Shown here in pieces: positions 12,413 to 24,529 of a stretch of 63,960 nucleotides of DNA (within the stretch, counting starts at the first letter, position 1; every line of letters begins with the position of its first letter). Source of the stretch: Chara braunii (taxonomy: Eukaryota; Plantae; Charophyceae). The position numbers were made by a program, and so were the translations under genes. Below the pieces are notes generated by a model that was not told the origin of the DNA, did no database searches, and saw nothing but the letters and a program-made list of their open reading frames with translations. The stretch is taken from contig BFEA01000016.1 of NCBI GenBank assembly GCA_003427395.1, positions 1,520,324-1,584,283 on the forward strand, written 5' to 3'.

Positions 12413-12597
12413 GAAAAAAACATCTATGATGGGGAGTAGAGGGGATGCTGGTAAGAGCAGACACCTCCTCCACTCCCCTAGATGGATAGATGGCTCCGTT
12501 CCTATTGGTGGGGAGTTGCACCTGCTGGAAACCAGGTCCAGCGTCCCTTTACATAGACAGTAGTGAAACTGCTGGAAACCGGGTCCAGCGTCCCTTG
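12413..12597 (-). ncRNA. Conserved structured LINE 3' UTR element (pseudoknot plus stem-loop)
   Basis: Shares CAAGGGACGCTGGACCC, GGTGCARCTCCCCACCAATAG..GGAG and a TGCTCTTA-capped hairpin with 63827-63931. The stems differ in sequence but both pair. Confidence 0.7.
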
Positions 12598-13170
12598 ACC
12601 ATGTAGAAACTGACAGACACAAATCTCAGTGCCTCTTCACCCTAAATGGCGCCGGATAAGCGTGAACCTTAAGCACAAGAGACCTCATAAGGGTTGTTGG
12701 TGCAGGGGACTAAGGGAAATCAGACGCTGAAATATTAGTCATGCACCTTATCTGAATTGAAACGTTGCACTTAACCCTGAACGAGCACAAAACAGACCAG
12801 AGATGCTGGGATCCCAGCTAAGCATCACATCTGAACTGCATCAATCTACCTAACTGACATTAATGGAAATCTCTTCTGCTGCTCCCAAAGACTGAAGAGC
12901 ATCTTTGCACAGAAAGAGTATGAGTACTATTTTTAACTTCAAGACACATCCTGCCCATACCATGAGATAGGCACTAATGGCATACCAGGCAGGGGAAAGA
13001 GATCTGGAAAATTCGAAAGTGGACTCATTGGAACACTGGGGTCAATGGCGCACCAGTCGTGAAAGGTAAGACGAAAAATCCATCAGGTCTTCCCCGAGTC
13101 AATACTCTGTCTCTTTTCCCATTCCGCCCTCCCCACCCTCCTTCCCTCATCCCCACCAAGCTAGTCTTGA

Positions 13171-16100
13171 TTAAAGGTTAGGGATGTGTTGTTTAATGTC
13201 ACATTCTAAAGAAAAAAATTCCAACTTTTCCTTCACCTCTTCCCACCGAGTTGTGATTTCCACTTGAATTTGATGTTTGGTAGAATCAGTAAATTCCCGG
13301 TCGTCAAGCCGAACTCCTTCCATTTCGTAGGTGCACCTACGAACCCACAATGCCCATATTACAGCTCTTCGAGAAATTTTAAAAAAATTACGAGTGAAAT
13401 TATCCACTTCTGACGGGTTTCAGGTCTCAACTAGTAAGGCTTTCCAGTTCTAAGACCAGGGAAGCGCTGTTCCAATCTGATTTCAAATTCTCGACCACCA
13501 GCGCCATAACCACACTGAACCTGGGCATTGCAAAAAAATATGTTCAATTGTTTCTGGTATAAGCTTGAAAGGAAAAATGAATTTACAGAATTTGCACCAT
13601 GGGTATGCTTTTCCTTTCTGTTCTAAAGAAGTTCGATCAATCAACCAGTCATTGGTAGGGAGACAGCGATGGGAAATTTGTCATTGAAGCGAGGCGATTT
13701 TGGCAGCCTTGATTTTGAACAGTTCAAACCATTTTACAGAACATAATTCTTCCACGCCTATCCTGAGATGATTCATTCACCGATTCTGAACTCTTTCTCT
13801 AAGGCCCACCTTGGGTCTAAGCGTCCTATACGTCGATTTAACTGTTAAATTGTGAAGCATTCTGATATGAGTGAAACCTGCTGGAAAGTGTCATGACCAA
13901 GACCAGCAGATTGGATCAAAAGGGAGGTGGAAGATCGGGGTGTCCGGTTTATAGGCAATCAATTTTTCTTCCATTGACAGCACCCTGACTCGAAAAAGGG
14001 TATCCTGTTCAAACCACCTTGTCTGCTGCTGAGCCGTTGGTGATAGAAAACCATCGTTTTGTAAATTAAACAGCAACAAATGAACCTCCCCTGTCTCACT
14101 AATTTCCAGGACTTTCCCCACTACTTCAGTATGAGGTAAAATGGAAACCCAATCCTGTGGGGAGAGAGATGAACTTTCTTTGAGGATTCTAATCCAATAT
14201 AAGGGAATGATGTCAATAATCCTTTCTAGGGCTTCTACCGGAAAGTGACAGTACCTAAGTTTTTCCTGAAGAGTCTGAGGGCTAACCCAATCCTTACCAG
14301 CACTACTCCAAACGTCCTTAATCCTAGTGATTCCTTTCCTAATCCATTCTTTCCATGGTGAAGCTGCACAATCAAGGGTATAGCCCAGAGAGTCTCTGAT
14401 CAAGGGATTGTTAAATAGAGGCTGTCGACAAACCTCATCCCATCTTTTCGGGAAAACCTTATCTGGGAGAGGGAGTTTTCTTCGGACTTTTAATAGGTCA
14501 ATCCAGAAATAGTCATTAACTAGGTCTGCCCTAGCTGCTTGACGATCCGAGGGATGAGGAACTTGGTCTAAAGAGGAGGATTTCTTTGGGAGAGGCCAGG
14601 ATCTATTTTCCAACCACATGAGAGGGTCTACCTCTTCATCAGTAGGAGGAGTTAGTCTCCTGATTTGTTCCTTTGCCAATTCACTCCATGGTGTCTGAGG
14701 ATTAAAGAGTAACCGCTTAATCCACTGAATTGAGAGAGCCATAGCTTGGGTGGTGGGGTCAATAATCCCAAGACCCCCTTTACCTTTGGGTTGGATTAAG
14801 GATAGGCAAGCTACTTTGTTGATCACATTAGTACATTCATGATTACGGCGTCATAGGAAGGCAACGAGCTGACGTTGGAATGCCTTAATAGCCAATTTAT
14901 CCATGACCCATATAGCTGATTTATACCAGATTGAGGCCAATACCACATTGTTAAATGCAAGAGTCATTCCAAAGATAGAAGTATGTTTATCTCTCCACAG
15001 CTCCAGCTTCGAGAGAGCCTGGTCCATGATCATAGTATTATTAGAAGATGGTTTCCCTTGAGCTGAAAGGAAGATCCCAAAAATCCTTATAGGAATCTCA
15101 TGGGGAATCCATTTAATCCTAGGTCTGTCCGGTGGTCTACCTCCTTGATGGTGGAGCCACCATCCTAGTGTTTTATTCCCCCAATTCACTCTCATATCAG
15201 AGATTGTGCAAAATTTATCCATCACCTTTTGAATGACCTCCAAATTTTCCTTAGTAGCGTTAACCATAAGGGAAAGATCATCTACGAATAGGGAACATAC
15301 AAGTATAGCATCCTCAAGGATAGTAGTAACTCTGATTTTCTTGATATCCTTGTGTTGACGTATGTTGGTGAGGGCTTCCATAATGATTACGAAGAGTAAA
15401 GGAGCAATAGGGTCTCCTTGCCTGACCAATCTCTGTAAGGATATAGGGGGGGCAACATTACCATTCACCATTACTTTCGTCGTTGCTCTCTGATGGAAAA
15501 TCCTAATCCATCTCCTAAAGTTAGGTCCAAAGTTTAATTTATCCAAACATTTATCCAAAAAAAAACAGTCTACGTGGTCATACGCTTTTTCAAAATCTAT
15601 AAAGATAAATGCGGTATTATGCTTTTATTGCCTAGATATTTTAATTAGTTCATTAATCAATAGAATGTTATCCTGAATATTCCTTCCTTGTATAAAGCCT
15701 GTTGGGGAAGGGTGAATAATGTCTGCGATAAATTTATTGAGGCGTGTTGTTAGTGTCTTTGAAACCATCTTATAAACTACCGTAAGGAGAGTAATTGGGC
15801 GATAATTGCGAATATTATATTTATCTTCTTTCTTGTATAGTAAGGTTAGAATTCCGTGACCAACAAACTCGCCCATCCGACCCGTATCCCATACATTATG
15901 ATATAATTTTATGAGATCCTGAGATATGAAATCCCATGAGGCTTCCCAAAATTCCTTAGGGAGCCCATCAATTCCTGAAGATTTTTCCTTTTCCATCATC
16001 ATAAGTGCGGTCCAAATCTCGTCCTTAGTAATGGGTAGCTCTAATTGCTCCCTTTGCTATCCCGAAAGGGATTTAGTCAAGGGAGCAAATAACTCATCGA

Positions 16101-17568
16101 TATCCTTAGACCTCTCGATATATGTGGCAATGTGTATTTCGGATGTAAATAATTCCTTGAAGAAATCTCTAGTGATTTTGGTGCATTCTGAAGTGGAGGA
16201 GGCTATTTGTCCATTTGGCTCTTGTGGGTGAGATAATCCGTCGATAATTGTTCTTCCTCGTCGGGCTCTAGCCATTGCAAAAAAACTAGCATCCATACCT
16301 CCTTCCGTAAGTGAACAACGAATCTTCCCTCTAATTCTAGCACCTTGCCAACGATTTTTCATCACAGAAAGTAGACTATCTTCTAGATCATTTAATTCTT
16401 GGGCCAATTTTTCGTCATTGCCATCTTCCTGATGGGCCTCTTCTTGGGTTTTAATTTGTTGGATTCTTTGAAATATTCTAGTTTCATTGGAATACCTATT
16501 CGCTGCAAGTAATTTAGAGTATTCATTGCATTTACGCCCTAGAAAGTCTAGACCGTTGTTGAACCATGTCACATCATCCTGTATGACTTTTTTTTTACCT
16601 TTCCAGAAAGCCCATACATCCTTTAGATAAAATTTGAATCGATGAATCTTAAGATGGGATGTATTAAGTTTATAGTACCCTCTCCCTTGGTCCGATTTCT
16701 TGGAAAAAAAAAGGATAACTATACACAGGGCGTGATCTAGCCCTGCAAGAGGGCTTTTGGGGAATATTTGCACAATTTGAAGAGAACCTTGTAATTTTTC
16801 TGAGAGGAGAATTAGATCAATACGAGATTTAGTAGCCACAACCGATATATTTTTTCTGAAGCAAGTGAAAGTACGAAGATTGGGGTTAATTCTTCTATAA
16901 GAGTCAAAGAGATTAAAAGATTGGGTGAGATTTGAGATCAAAACTTCATCTGCCTCCACATAGGTTGGGCATGGGTGTGGAATACGCCAACGATCGAGGT
17001 TGCAATCCGGGGCTGCGTTGAAATCACCGGCAATAATCATAGGAATGCCAACTGGTAGTTTGGGGATAAGGGATTCAAGGAATTGTTGCCGATTATTTAT
17101 ATCATTATGACCATAAACACAGAGGACAATCACAATCTCCAAATCAAACATTGCTAGAATATAAGCCCACCTACCTTCTTCCTTGTCCACCTCCCAATAA
17201 ATTGGATCCACCCTGGAATCAGGTGGAATCCAAATCGCCACTCCAACACTCCCTGGACGCGGTGCATGAGCTCTAAATGATCTGTGGGGCCAAATCTAAT
17301 TATGGCAGTAATTGTGAGACTCATTATCCATGAGATGGGTCTCTTGAATGCATATAATGTCAGACTATTCCCTCCCCCCTATTCCTTTTATTTGATCAAA
17401 AATAGCTTGTTTCTTTTCAAATTTGGTCGAGGCAAGACCATTAACGTTTAAGGACCTCAGATCTAGAAATGCATGTCTTTTAGTATCCTTCCAAGTTTTA
17501 TCCTTATTATACAGGCTATCAATAACTTGGAACCTATCCATCCTGAAGTTTGACATTACAACCAACAA
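13171..17568 (-). pseudogene. LINE ORF2 (AP endonuclease, reverse transcriptase, zf-RVT) with stops and frameshifts
   Basis: APE: SLNVNGL, IICIQETH, IIAGDFN, SRIDLIL, DH. RT: KSSGIDGLPKEFW, NYRPITLL, GFIQGRNIQDNI, IDFEKAYD, VRQGDPIAPLLF, LFVDDL. C-terminus: CKFC...ETIEHIFLQC and WALWVRR. Confidence 0.95.
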
Positions 17569-17606
17569 ATACTTTTAAAAGGATATAAACTTGTAAAGTG
17601 GGGGGT

Positions 17607-19938
17607 TTAATATGTTGACCAAATAGCCTGATCCATCAGGCCTCCTGGTGCTAAACTGTGATGGCCTAGAAGACGGACAAAAAAAGTACTGACGTCGGTC
17701 TCCGACAAGAATCCACTCGCTTTCACTTTCAAGAGTTGAAGATCATTGAGAAGATCTTGGTTGAACCACTTCAGCTCAACATGTTTACCACCATCAAATT
17801 TTAAATATACATTCATTTCTGCAAGTCTCTTTTCCCTTTCAGACAAATAAAAAATCGTTGAAAGTTCTTGCGGTAAATTATCAGAAATGAACTTGCTGAT
17901 TAATTTCTTCTTTGGTTTGTCTAGGAAAGGGGTACCTCGTATCGTGACTTCCCCATACACAGCATTTTTCAGAATTGAAAGACCTACTTCCCACACCCCC
18001 TCCTTATACCTCACTGGCACGAAGACAATGTCTATTTTGGTTGGAGAAAGATAATATTGGCCTTTTGCCAGTCTGTGTTTGAGTTTCTGTCTTTTCGTAA
18101 TAAGTTCCATATCTGTAGGTACTATCGAAGACTGGGATAAACTCACTGATTCTTCTACTCTACCGCCTTCTGAATTTTCCTCCTGTAGGCTTGCCTCCTG
18201 CGAAAGATGATTGGGGAGGTCCTCCGTGAGATCTACCACCCTGGAGGATCCATCCTCCTTATCTATTCTGTCATTCATCAGAGTGTGAGAAGTGGTGGTT
18301 TTCTCCTCAGAAAGAGGGGCGGAATCCTGGTCAGCCTGAGACGCACAGATAATACTTCGGTCGACTGGGCCTGAAGCAACAACTTTGTCATCTGACACCC
18401 CAGAGTGGCCAGTGCTAATTATCTCAGCGGAGTAACAAGCTTGAGAATCAGTGGACCTGGGGTCCCACTCAATCAGTCCCTGGCTACGTCTGGTTGGCTC
18501 CTAGGATTTATTATTTTTGATTTGTAATTCCCCCCCCCCCCCTGTTATATTAAAAATAATTAATTGGAAATCTGATTGGCCAATATCCCCAGAGATGTGC
18601 TTTAGAGCCTGGTTTTTAAGATCAGCAGGATGATCTGAACCTTCGCTGGATTCTGCTATCTCTGCCCTACCATTGCTGGCTGACTCAACAGATCCTTGGG
18701 CATTTGGCATGAGTACTTGGGCAGAAAGCAAAACTTCGGAGTGAGTGTTTTGGCCGTGAACATCGTGAGTAGAATGAAAACCGAGAGTACAGTGGTGGTG
18801 GGATGAATCCACCTGGGCCACCCCTGTGGATATCGGGGGCTCATTCTGGTCTGCTTTCACATCTTTATTTCCGCATACTGCAACGGCGGAATCCTGGGCT
18901 ATCAACGAGCTTTCTAGGTAAGATTGGTTATCCTTATTCTCCGAAGTGACCAAGAGAGGACAAGCAATATGCGCTGGATCTATGAATCTAGCCGAAACTA
19001 ATGCCAATAAATCAGCACAAATATTTTCCCATGAAATTACATGTGGCTGATTGTGCTCCAAAAATGAGATCAAACTCTTACTACCACCCAACATTGCGAG
19101 GAGATTGTCTAAAACACATGGCCAGTAGGATACATCCAAACTGGGGTGCTGTGATTTGAGGTTGCATAATAACCAGTCAGCGATCGACAGGATCTTGGTA
19201 ATAGTATCCACTACGATGTCGGAACCGGACTGATTACTCAGGAGAAAAGGAGGTGGGGGAGCACAAGCCTGGATAACTTCGATGTCCATTAAATCTGTTC
19301 CAAAGGCAATGCTAAGAGGATCAATTTCCATCGGAGTGGAATCCAGCTCAGAATCTGCAGACACTACTATCCTCTCGTCGTGCAAAGCTTCCTCTGGGTA
19401 TTCTTTACTGTCGTCCTCCATCGGGCCGCTTTTCTGAGCGATGCCTTTTTCTTCACGATCCTCCACTCTGCAACCTATTTATGGATATAATCCGCCGCTC
19501 TTGGTTCCATCGAGCGATCCAAACTATTCCTGGAGGAGGACGCCATGTCCTTAGGATTCTGAGGTCTACCATTTACGCCTGAGCTTCCTCTTGCGAGTTG
19601 GCCAAATCCTGCGAACCAAAACTGTCAAGAACATAGGCGGGCTTCTTTTTAGACCACAGACCGGGAACCTTTGTGCCTTTAGGGTCAGAGCCCAAGGCCT
19701 TATCAGCGGGGACAGTCCGCATTGAGGGAAGGGAGGGTGGGAGCCAATCCTGTGGAGGCCTGGAAGATTTGTGAAAATCACTTCTCCCTTCCCAAATCCA
19801 CTCGACCGTTTGGCCTGCCTGGTTAGTATCAGAGTGGTATACCCACCCTTCGTGGCCCGGGACCGCGGGGATCCATTTTTGGGATCCCTTTGGAGGCGCT
19901 TTTTCGGAGGAACCGCCTGTTGGGGATGGAGGGAGCAC
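17607..19938 (-). pseudogene. Putative LINE ORF1, fragmented
   Basis: Long same-strand ORFs (19573-19938, 18501-19466, 17607-18398) immediately upstream of ORF2. No RRM or zinc knuckle recognised. Confidence 0.6.
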
Positions 19939-20295
19939 GCAAAGTCTGTGTGAAGGTGACTGTACGATTTACACTTGAAACACCACGACCTAAATTCGTG
20001 GGTCGTGTGAATCTAGTGTACCTTCCCTCCCATTCTCCCCACTTCGTGAAATGTTTGCACGGAGGACTCTTGTTGATTTGCTGGCCCGCCTTCACTTAGG
20101 GCGGGCACGAGGCTTGTTGGGGCCTTAGCCCAGACATGTACATCATGGCAAGGCCCCTTTTGATGGCTCAATCCTCACATTTGCATATATAGGTTAAAAA
20201 AAAGGAATCAAAGAAACATGTGCACCATGATTATCCCACCAGCAATCAGAAAAAAATGAAAAAAATAAGTACCTTTTTTTTTATTACGTTTCTTT

Positions 20296-20573
20296 CTAGG
20301 CTACCAGAGTGGCCCGGGGTCACTTGCCCGGCCGGGCCAAAAACAAATGAAAAATAAAAATAAAAATTATATTTTTATTTCATTTGGTATTTTAAATTTG
20401 GTACGAAATTTTGATGTGGCCCTAAGGCAAAAGTTGTTCCGTTTATTTTTCTGTATAACATAGTTTTTATCCGTATTTTTTGGATTTTTTTTTTTTTTTT
20501 TCGGGTTGGGACCTTCTCTGGTCCTTGCACGGGCTGACCACCTCGGACTCAGGCGGTCCGGATGGTTGCCTAG
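20296..20573. mobile_element. MITE, copy 1 (TIR CTAGGCWACCA, 8-bp TSD gtttcttt)
   Basis: TSD at 20288-20295 and 20574-20581. Termini CTAGGCTACCAG...ATGGTTGCCTAG. Internal homology to 59927-60353. Confidence 0.88.
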
Positions 20574-20845
20574 GTTTCTTTTTATTTTCACACTTGTTTT
20601 TTCGTTTTCTGTTTTTTTTTTAAATCACAAAAAATATTAAAATATATATATATATATGAGGATGTAAGTTTTTTCAAACCCTACAAACTTTTTTTTTTTT
20701 TTTAACCTATTATCCTAGGAATTAAAAATGTCGAGGGTTTGCGATCGCACTTGGCCCCTGCGGCCATGATACTGACCGCATGCGGTCAACGGGCCCACAG
20801 TCATAACCGCGGGTGACACATAGCTTGTAACGGCCAGAGGGTTAA

Positions 20846-21843
20846 CGTAAGCTCGCTTTCCGAAGTGATTGATGTTAACTTTCCATTTTTGGCCCAAGTG
20901 TTTCTGAACCAAAAGACTCATTTTGTCGGGTGTTGCTTAGTGCGCTGCCAATCTGCAATGGTGATTTTTCTCATCATATTGAGGACTTTGTTAGTTTGTT
21001 ATGAGAAGGAAGGAGATTCTTTTCTAAAGAGCGTGTTGTTCTTGGCATTCCAAATTACTTCAATTATCACGCTTTGCACACTAGAGCTATATAGCCTCAT
21101 CTACCTTTTAGATTTTGGTCTTCTGGGCACAGTTCGTAGAGTATCCATTCTTGTGTCCACCAAAGAGTTCCTCCTGAAAATTTGTTCCAATATTTGATCC
21201 ACCCGTTTCACTGTTGGCTCGCTAAGGAGTAATATAGTCACAGATGATTGCTTGTCTCCCAGCCCCAGTTGCACCTTAAGCATTTCTCTTCCACCTCCAT
21301 CCCTTTGAAGGTGAACCAGGTAGCAAATGTAGTTATTAGCAATGATTGGCTCCACATAATGTTGGCTTGTTTTTGGGAAGGGATGTTCTTTAGGGCTTTC
21401 CATAATTTTGGTAGATTCATGTTTCCTAGCTAGAAGCCTTGTTCTTTCTGCATCCTCTCCCCTGCCACTACCATCGCCCGAGTTTTCCTTGAAGTCTGAA
21501 GCATCCGCACTCCGAACTTTATTTGTAGAAAGGTGCAGGGGAGTCCCTGTGTTTCCATATCCACCCACCCACTAAGTAGTGGCTCAAGCTGGAGTCATTC
21601 CGGGTTACACATAATTAATATAGCTTTGAAAAATTCGGCACCTGGCTACCAAACCCGCATTTCCTTCAAGTCTTTTGTGGTCCGTATCACCTTCTCCCCG
21701 CCATGCTTCAACTTCATATAGATGTCTTCCCCAAGTTGTTCCCTCCAGAGTTCCACCTTTACTCCTTGATCAAGTTTCAGGCATAGAATCTTCAAGACAC
21801 CTTGAGCATTATCTGGGTTTCCCCACCAGGTATCTGAGGGGGG
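20846..21843 (-). pseudogene. Second LINE ORF2 C-terminal fragment (zf-RVT), cut by the LTR at 21844
   Basis: LWKALKNIPSQKQANIMW...FATWFTFKG...KCLRCNWGWETSNHL and downstream IADWQR...FRNTWA across frameshifts. Confidence 0.75.
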
Positions 21844-22879
21844 TGTCGAGCGCATTGGTCCGGCTCCGCACAAGGCAGGGCGGGAAACTCCCGGCCGCGT
21901 CACACAGGAGTTGGTTTGAATCCTCGTCGCATATATAAATGGAGCTTCCGGAAGCCGCTCCGACCGAGTGCGCCATCCATACCTCTCGCGAACTCCTACG
22001 ACAGGCCTACGCGAGGCACGGCCTACCTTCACCTTACGGGAGTTGTCACCTCCCTTCGGTGGGCGTATCCCCGCCGAACTACCAGTCCACAGTACGGAAG
22101 CTAATCAGCTGCAATCGCAGAGGTAGACCAGCCGAGGGCGTTTCTCGTTCGTTGTAGCATAGGGTACGCGCGGTTTTACACCTCTATCGGATTCGCACGC
22201 GAACCAACGTTTTGGAGGGGTTGAGGTCCCACGCGTAACCCGTCGTCTGTCGACTAGGACGCATCCCACACACCACGCGTATACCACTCTAAGGACATAA
22301 CAATTAAAACATACACACATACACATACATATACAAAACGACAGACGACAACACAACGCGACAACACTCCTGGTCCCTTAGTAGCCATCCCATAACTTTC
22401 CGATGCGGAAATCGGATAGGCGCCGCGTGCGAGACTTTAGTATAAAACCGCACGGACGCAGGGCTAAATCATGTCGACTAACAATGCATGAATACGCAAG
22501 CAGTCACAATGATGATGTACTATGTAGTGCCCATAATCAAGCGGTCCCTCGTGGATCCGAGTACCGCTTATGACACTTAAGTGTCACTCTCGAGGTATCG
22601 TGAGGGTCTACTCCCTCACGATATTTCACGACTGAAGGAATAGTCGTGCGGCTGTCGCGGAACCTTCGGCCTTTAGACTGGGTGTCTCGGCAGACAGAGA
22701 GATGATTAACGAGTGCATATATTTTCAGGTCTCCTTTCCAGGCACTTCAACCACTTTAGGTTACTACACCACTTTCAGATTGTGTGTGGATCTATACATA
22801 GGGTTGTCTGAAACCGCATTCAGGCAGTTCAGCCACTTCAGATTGATACACCACTTTCAGATTGCCTACAGATCTATTG

Positions 22880-23390
22880 CAAATGGTGGGATGGGGTACC
22901 CGAAACCCCTTTCAGAAACTTCAGCCACTTCAGTAATTTCAGGTCCCCACCTTAAATTACTGAAATGACCTGAAGTGGTTGAAGCTTCTGAACGGGGTTT
23001 CAGGTACCCCATCCAACCATTTAGATGGGGGTACCTGAAACCCCTTTGAGGAGCTTCAACCACTTCAGCGGTTTCAGGTCCCCACCTTAAATTCCTGAAA
23101 TGACTTGAAGTGGTTGAAGTTTCTGAAAGGGGTTTCAGATACCCCCATCAAATGGTTGGATGGGAGTACCTGAAACCCCTTTCAGAAGCTTCAGCCACTT
23201 CAGTTTTTTCAGGTCCCCACCTAAAATTCATGAAATAACCTAAGTGGATGAAACTTCTGAAAGGGGTTTCAGATACCCCTATCCAACCATTTCGATGGGG
23301 GTACCTGAAACCCCTTTCAGAAGCTTCCGCCACTTCAGCGGTTTCAGGTCCCCACCTGAATTTTCTGAAATGACCTAAAGTGGCTGAAAA
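22880..23390. repeat. Tandem array of about 118-bp palindromic units (about 135-bp period)
   Basis: Arms ggggtacctgaaacccctttcagaagcttca.ccacttcag...tttcag and their reverse complement around a gtccccacc loop. About 3.5 units, absent from LTR B copies. Confidence 0.9.
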
Positions 23391-23770
23391 AACAGGCAGA
23401 AAAAAAAAAAAACATAAAACTTGTCATGCAAACCACCCGAAACTTATGAAATAACCTGAAGTGTATTCAGGCCATTTCAGCGGTTTCAGACCACTTCAGA
23501 ATCTATCATTCTGAAATTTCAAGTGGCTGTTAACCGCGAGTGGGCAAGCAGGGCAAATAGGCTCGGCGCGGGGGGAGATCCCTTACATGCAGAGTCTAGG
23601 ACCTGGGATGTCCTGGACAAGGACCTTGAACCCGGACCCAGGACCAACGTCCGACTAAGAAATCTTTAAGAAGCATCCGACAAATAAAGTGGGGTTTTCT
23701 TTCTTTTCTCAATCTCAACCCCTATTTAACCCTTAAGCGTGGACCCTCTCAGGCCATGCGAACACCCAAC

Positions 23771-23780
23771 ATATATATAT

Positions 23781-23852
<72 letters not shown>
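23771..23852. repeat. (TA)n microsatellite within LTR A
   Basis: Read directly. Corresponds to a short tataaatatat in LTR B (about 40569). Confidence 0.95.
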
Positions 23853-23856
<4 letters not shown>

Positions 23857-24529
23857 GGGAATAAGTATGTGACGATCACTTCTCACAATCACAGTGAGAC
23901 TCCTTACAGCCATATATATGTATATGATCGCAGACAGTCAAATAAAAAAAACGAACCACCGAGGATACCTGCAATCACATAAAAGATTCAACAAAAAGTT
24001 CATGCACTACACGGGGTCAACTTCAACCAATCCCTATACTCATACCCCTCGCTTTAGCCATGCAAGCCCCAACCCTTGTCCAACCAACCATAATTAAATA
24101 CTCAGTNCCTTTGTTAAATGACCATTCAATAAAAGTCCGGGTGAAAACCTTAATAAAACAACAAAAATCACTAGGGCTAAAACCTTTTAGGTTGAGCATT
24201 GAGGGTGAATTGGAGTTGAGTCGTAAACTGACGAGTCGACAACCGATAAGGATAACAGACGGTGATCCTTGTAGGATCAAGCTGAATCTAGTCCTGATTT
24301 CAAATCAAACGTTCAAGAGAACCCGTAACACAAGACAAGTCAATCCCAAGCTAAATCTACGAGTCCAAATTGAGGGTAATGTCCATATCACAATTTCACA
24401 AAGAATCATTCTACCTAACTAATCATGAGGCTACCTCTAAATCGGTGCTTAATGAAAAGGTAGACCTTTGCCAAAATCTCCTCTATACGGAGTGAACTGC
24501 CATAATTGCTATCTGTCGAAATACAATTT

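Larger units (their letters stand above)
12384..20000 (-). mobile_element. Near full-length degenerate L1/Tx1-clade LINE
   Basis: ORF1 fragments, APE-RT-zinc finger ORF2, about 760-bp 3' UTR and a 29-nt poly(A) (T run 12384-12412). The 5' boundary is approximate and no TSD was found. Confidence 0.9.

Noticed and set aside
12505-12525. Viral tRNA-like structure (GGTGCAACTCCC resembles the TYMV T-arm)
   Set aside because: Only 2 bp of T-stem, and no acceptor arm or CCA end. The pseudoknot pairing fits both LINE copies better.
20702-20845. piggyBac-like TTAA-flanked MITE
   Set aside because: Only CC...GG match at the ends, with no real TIR.
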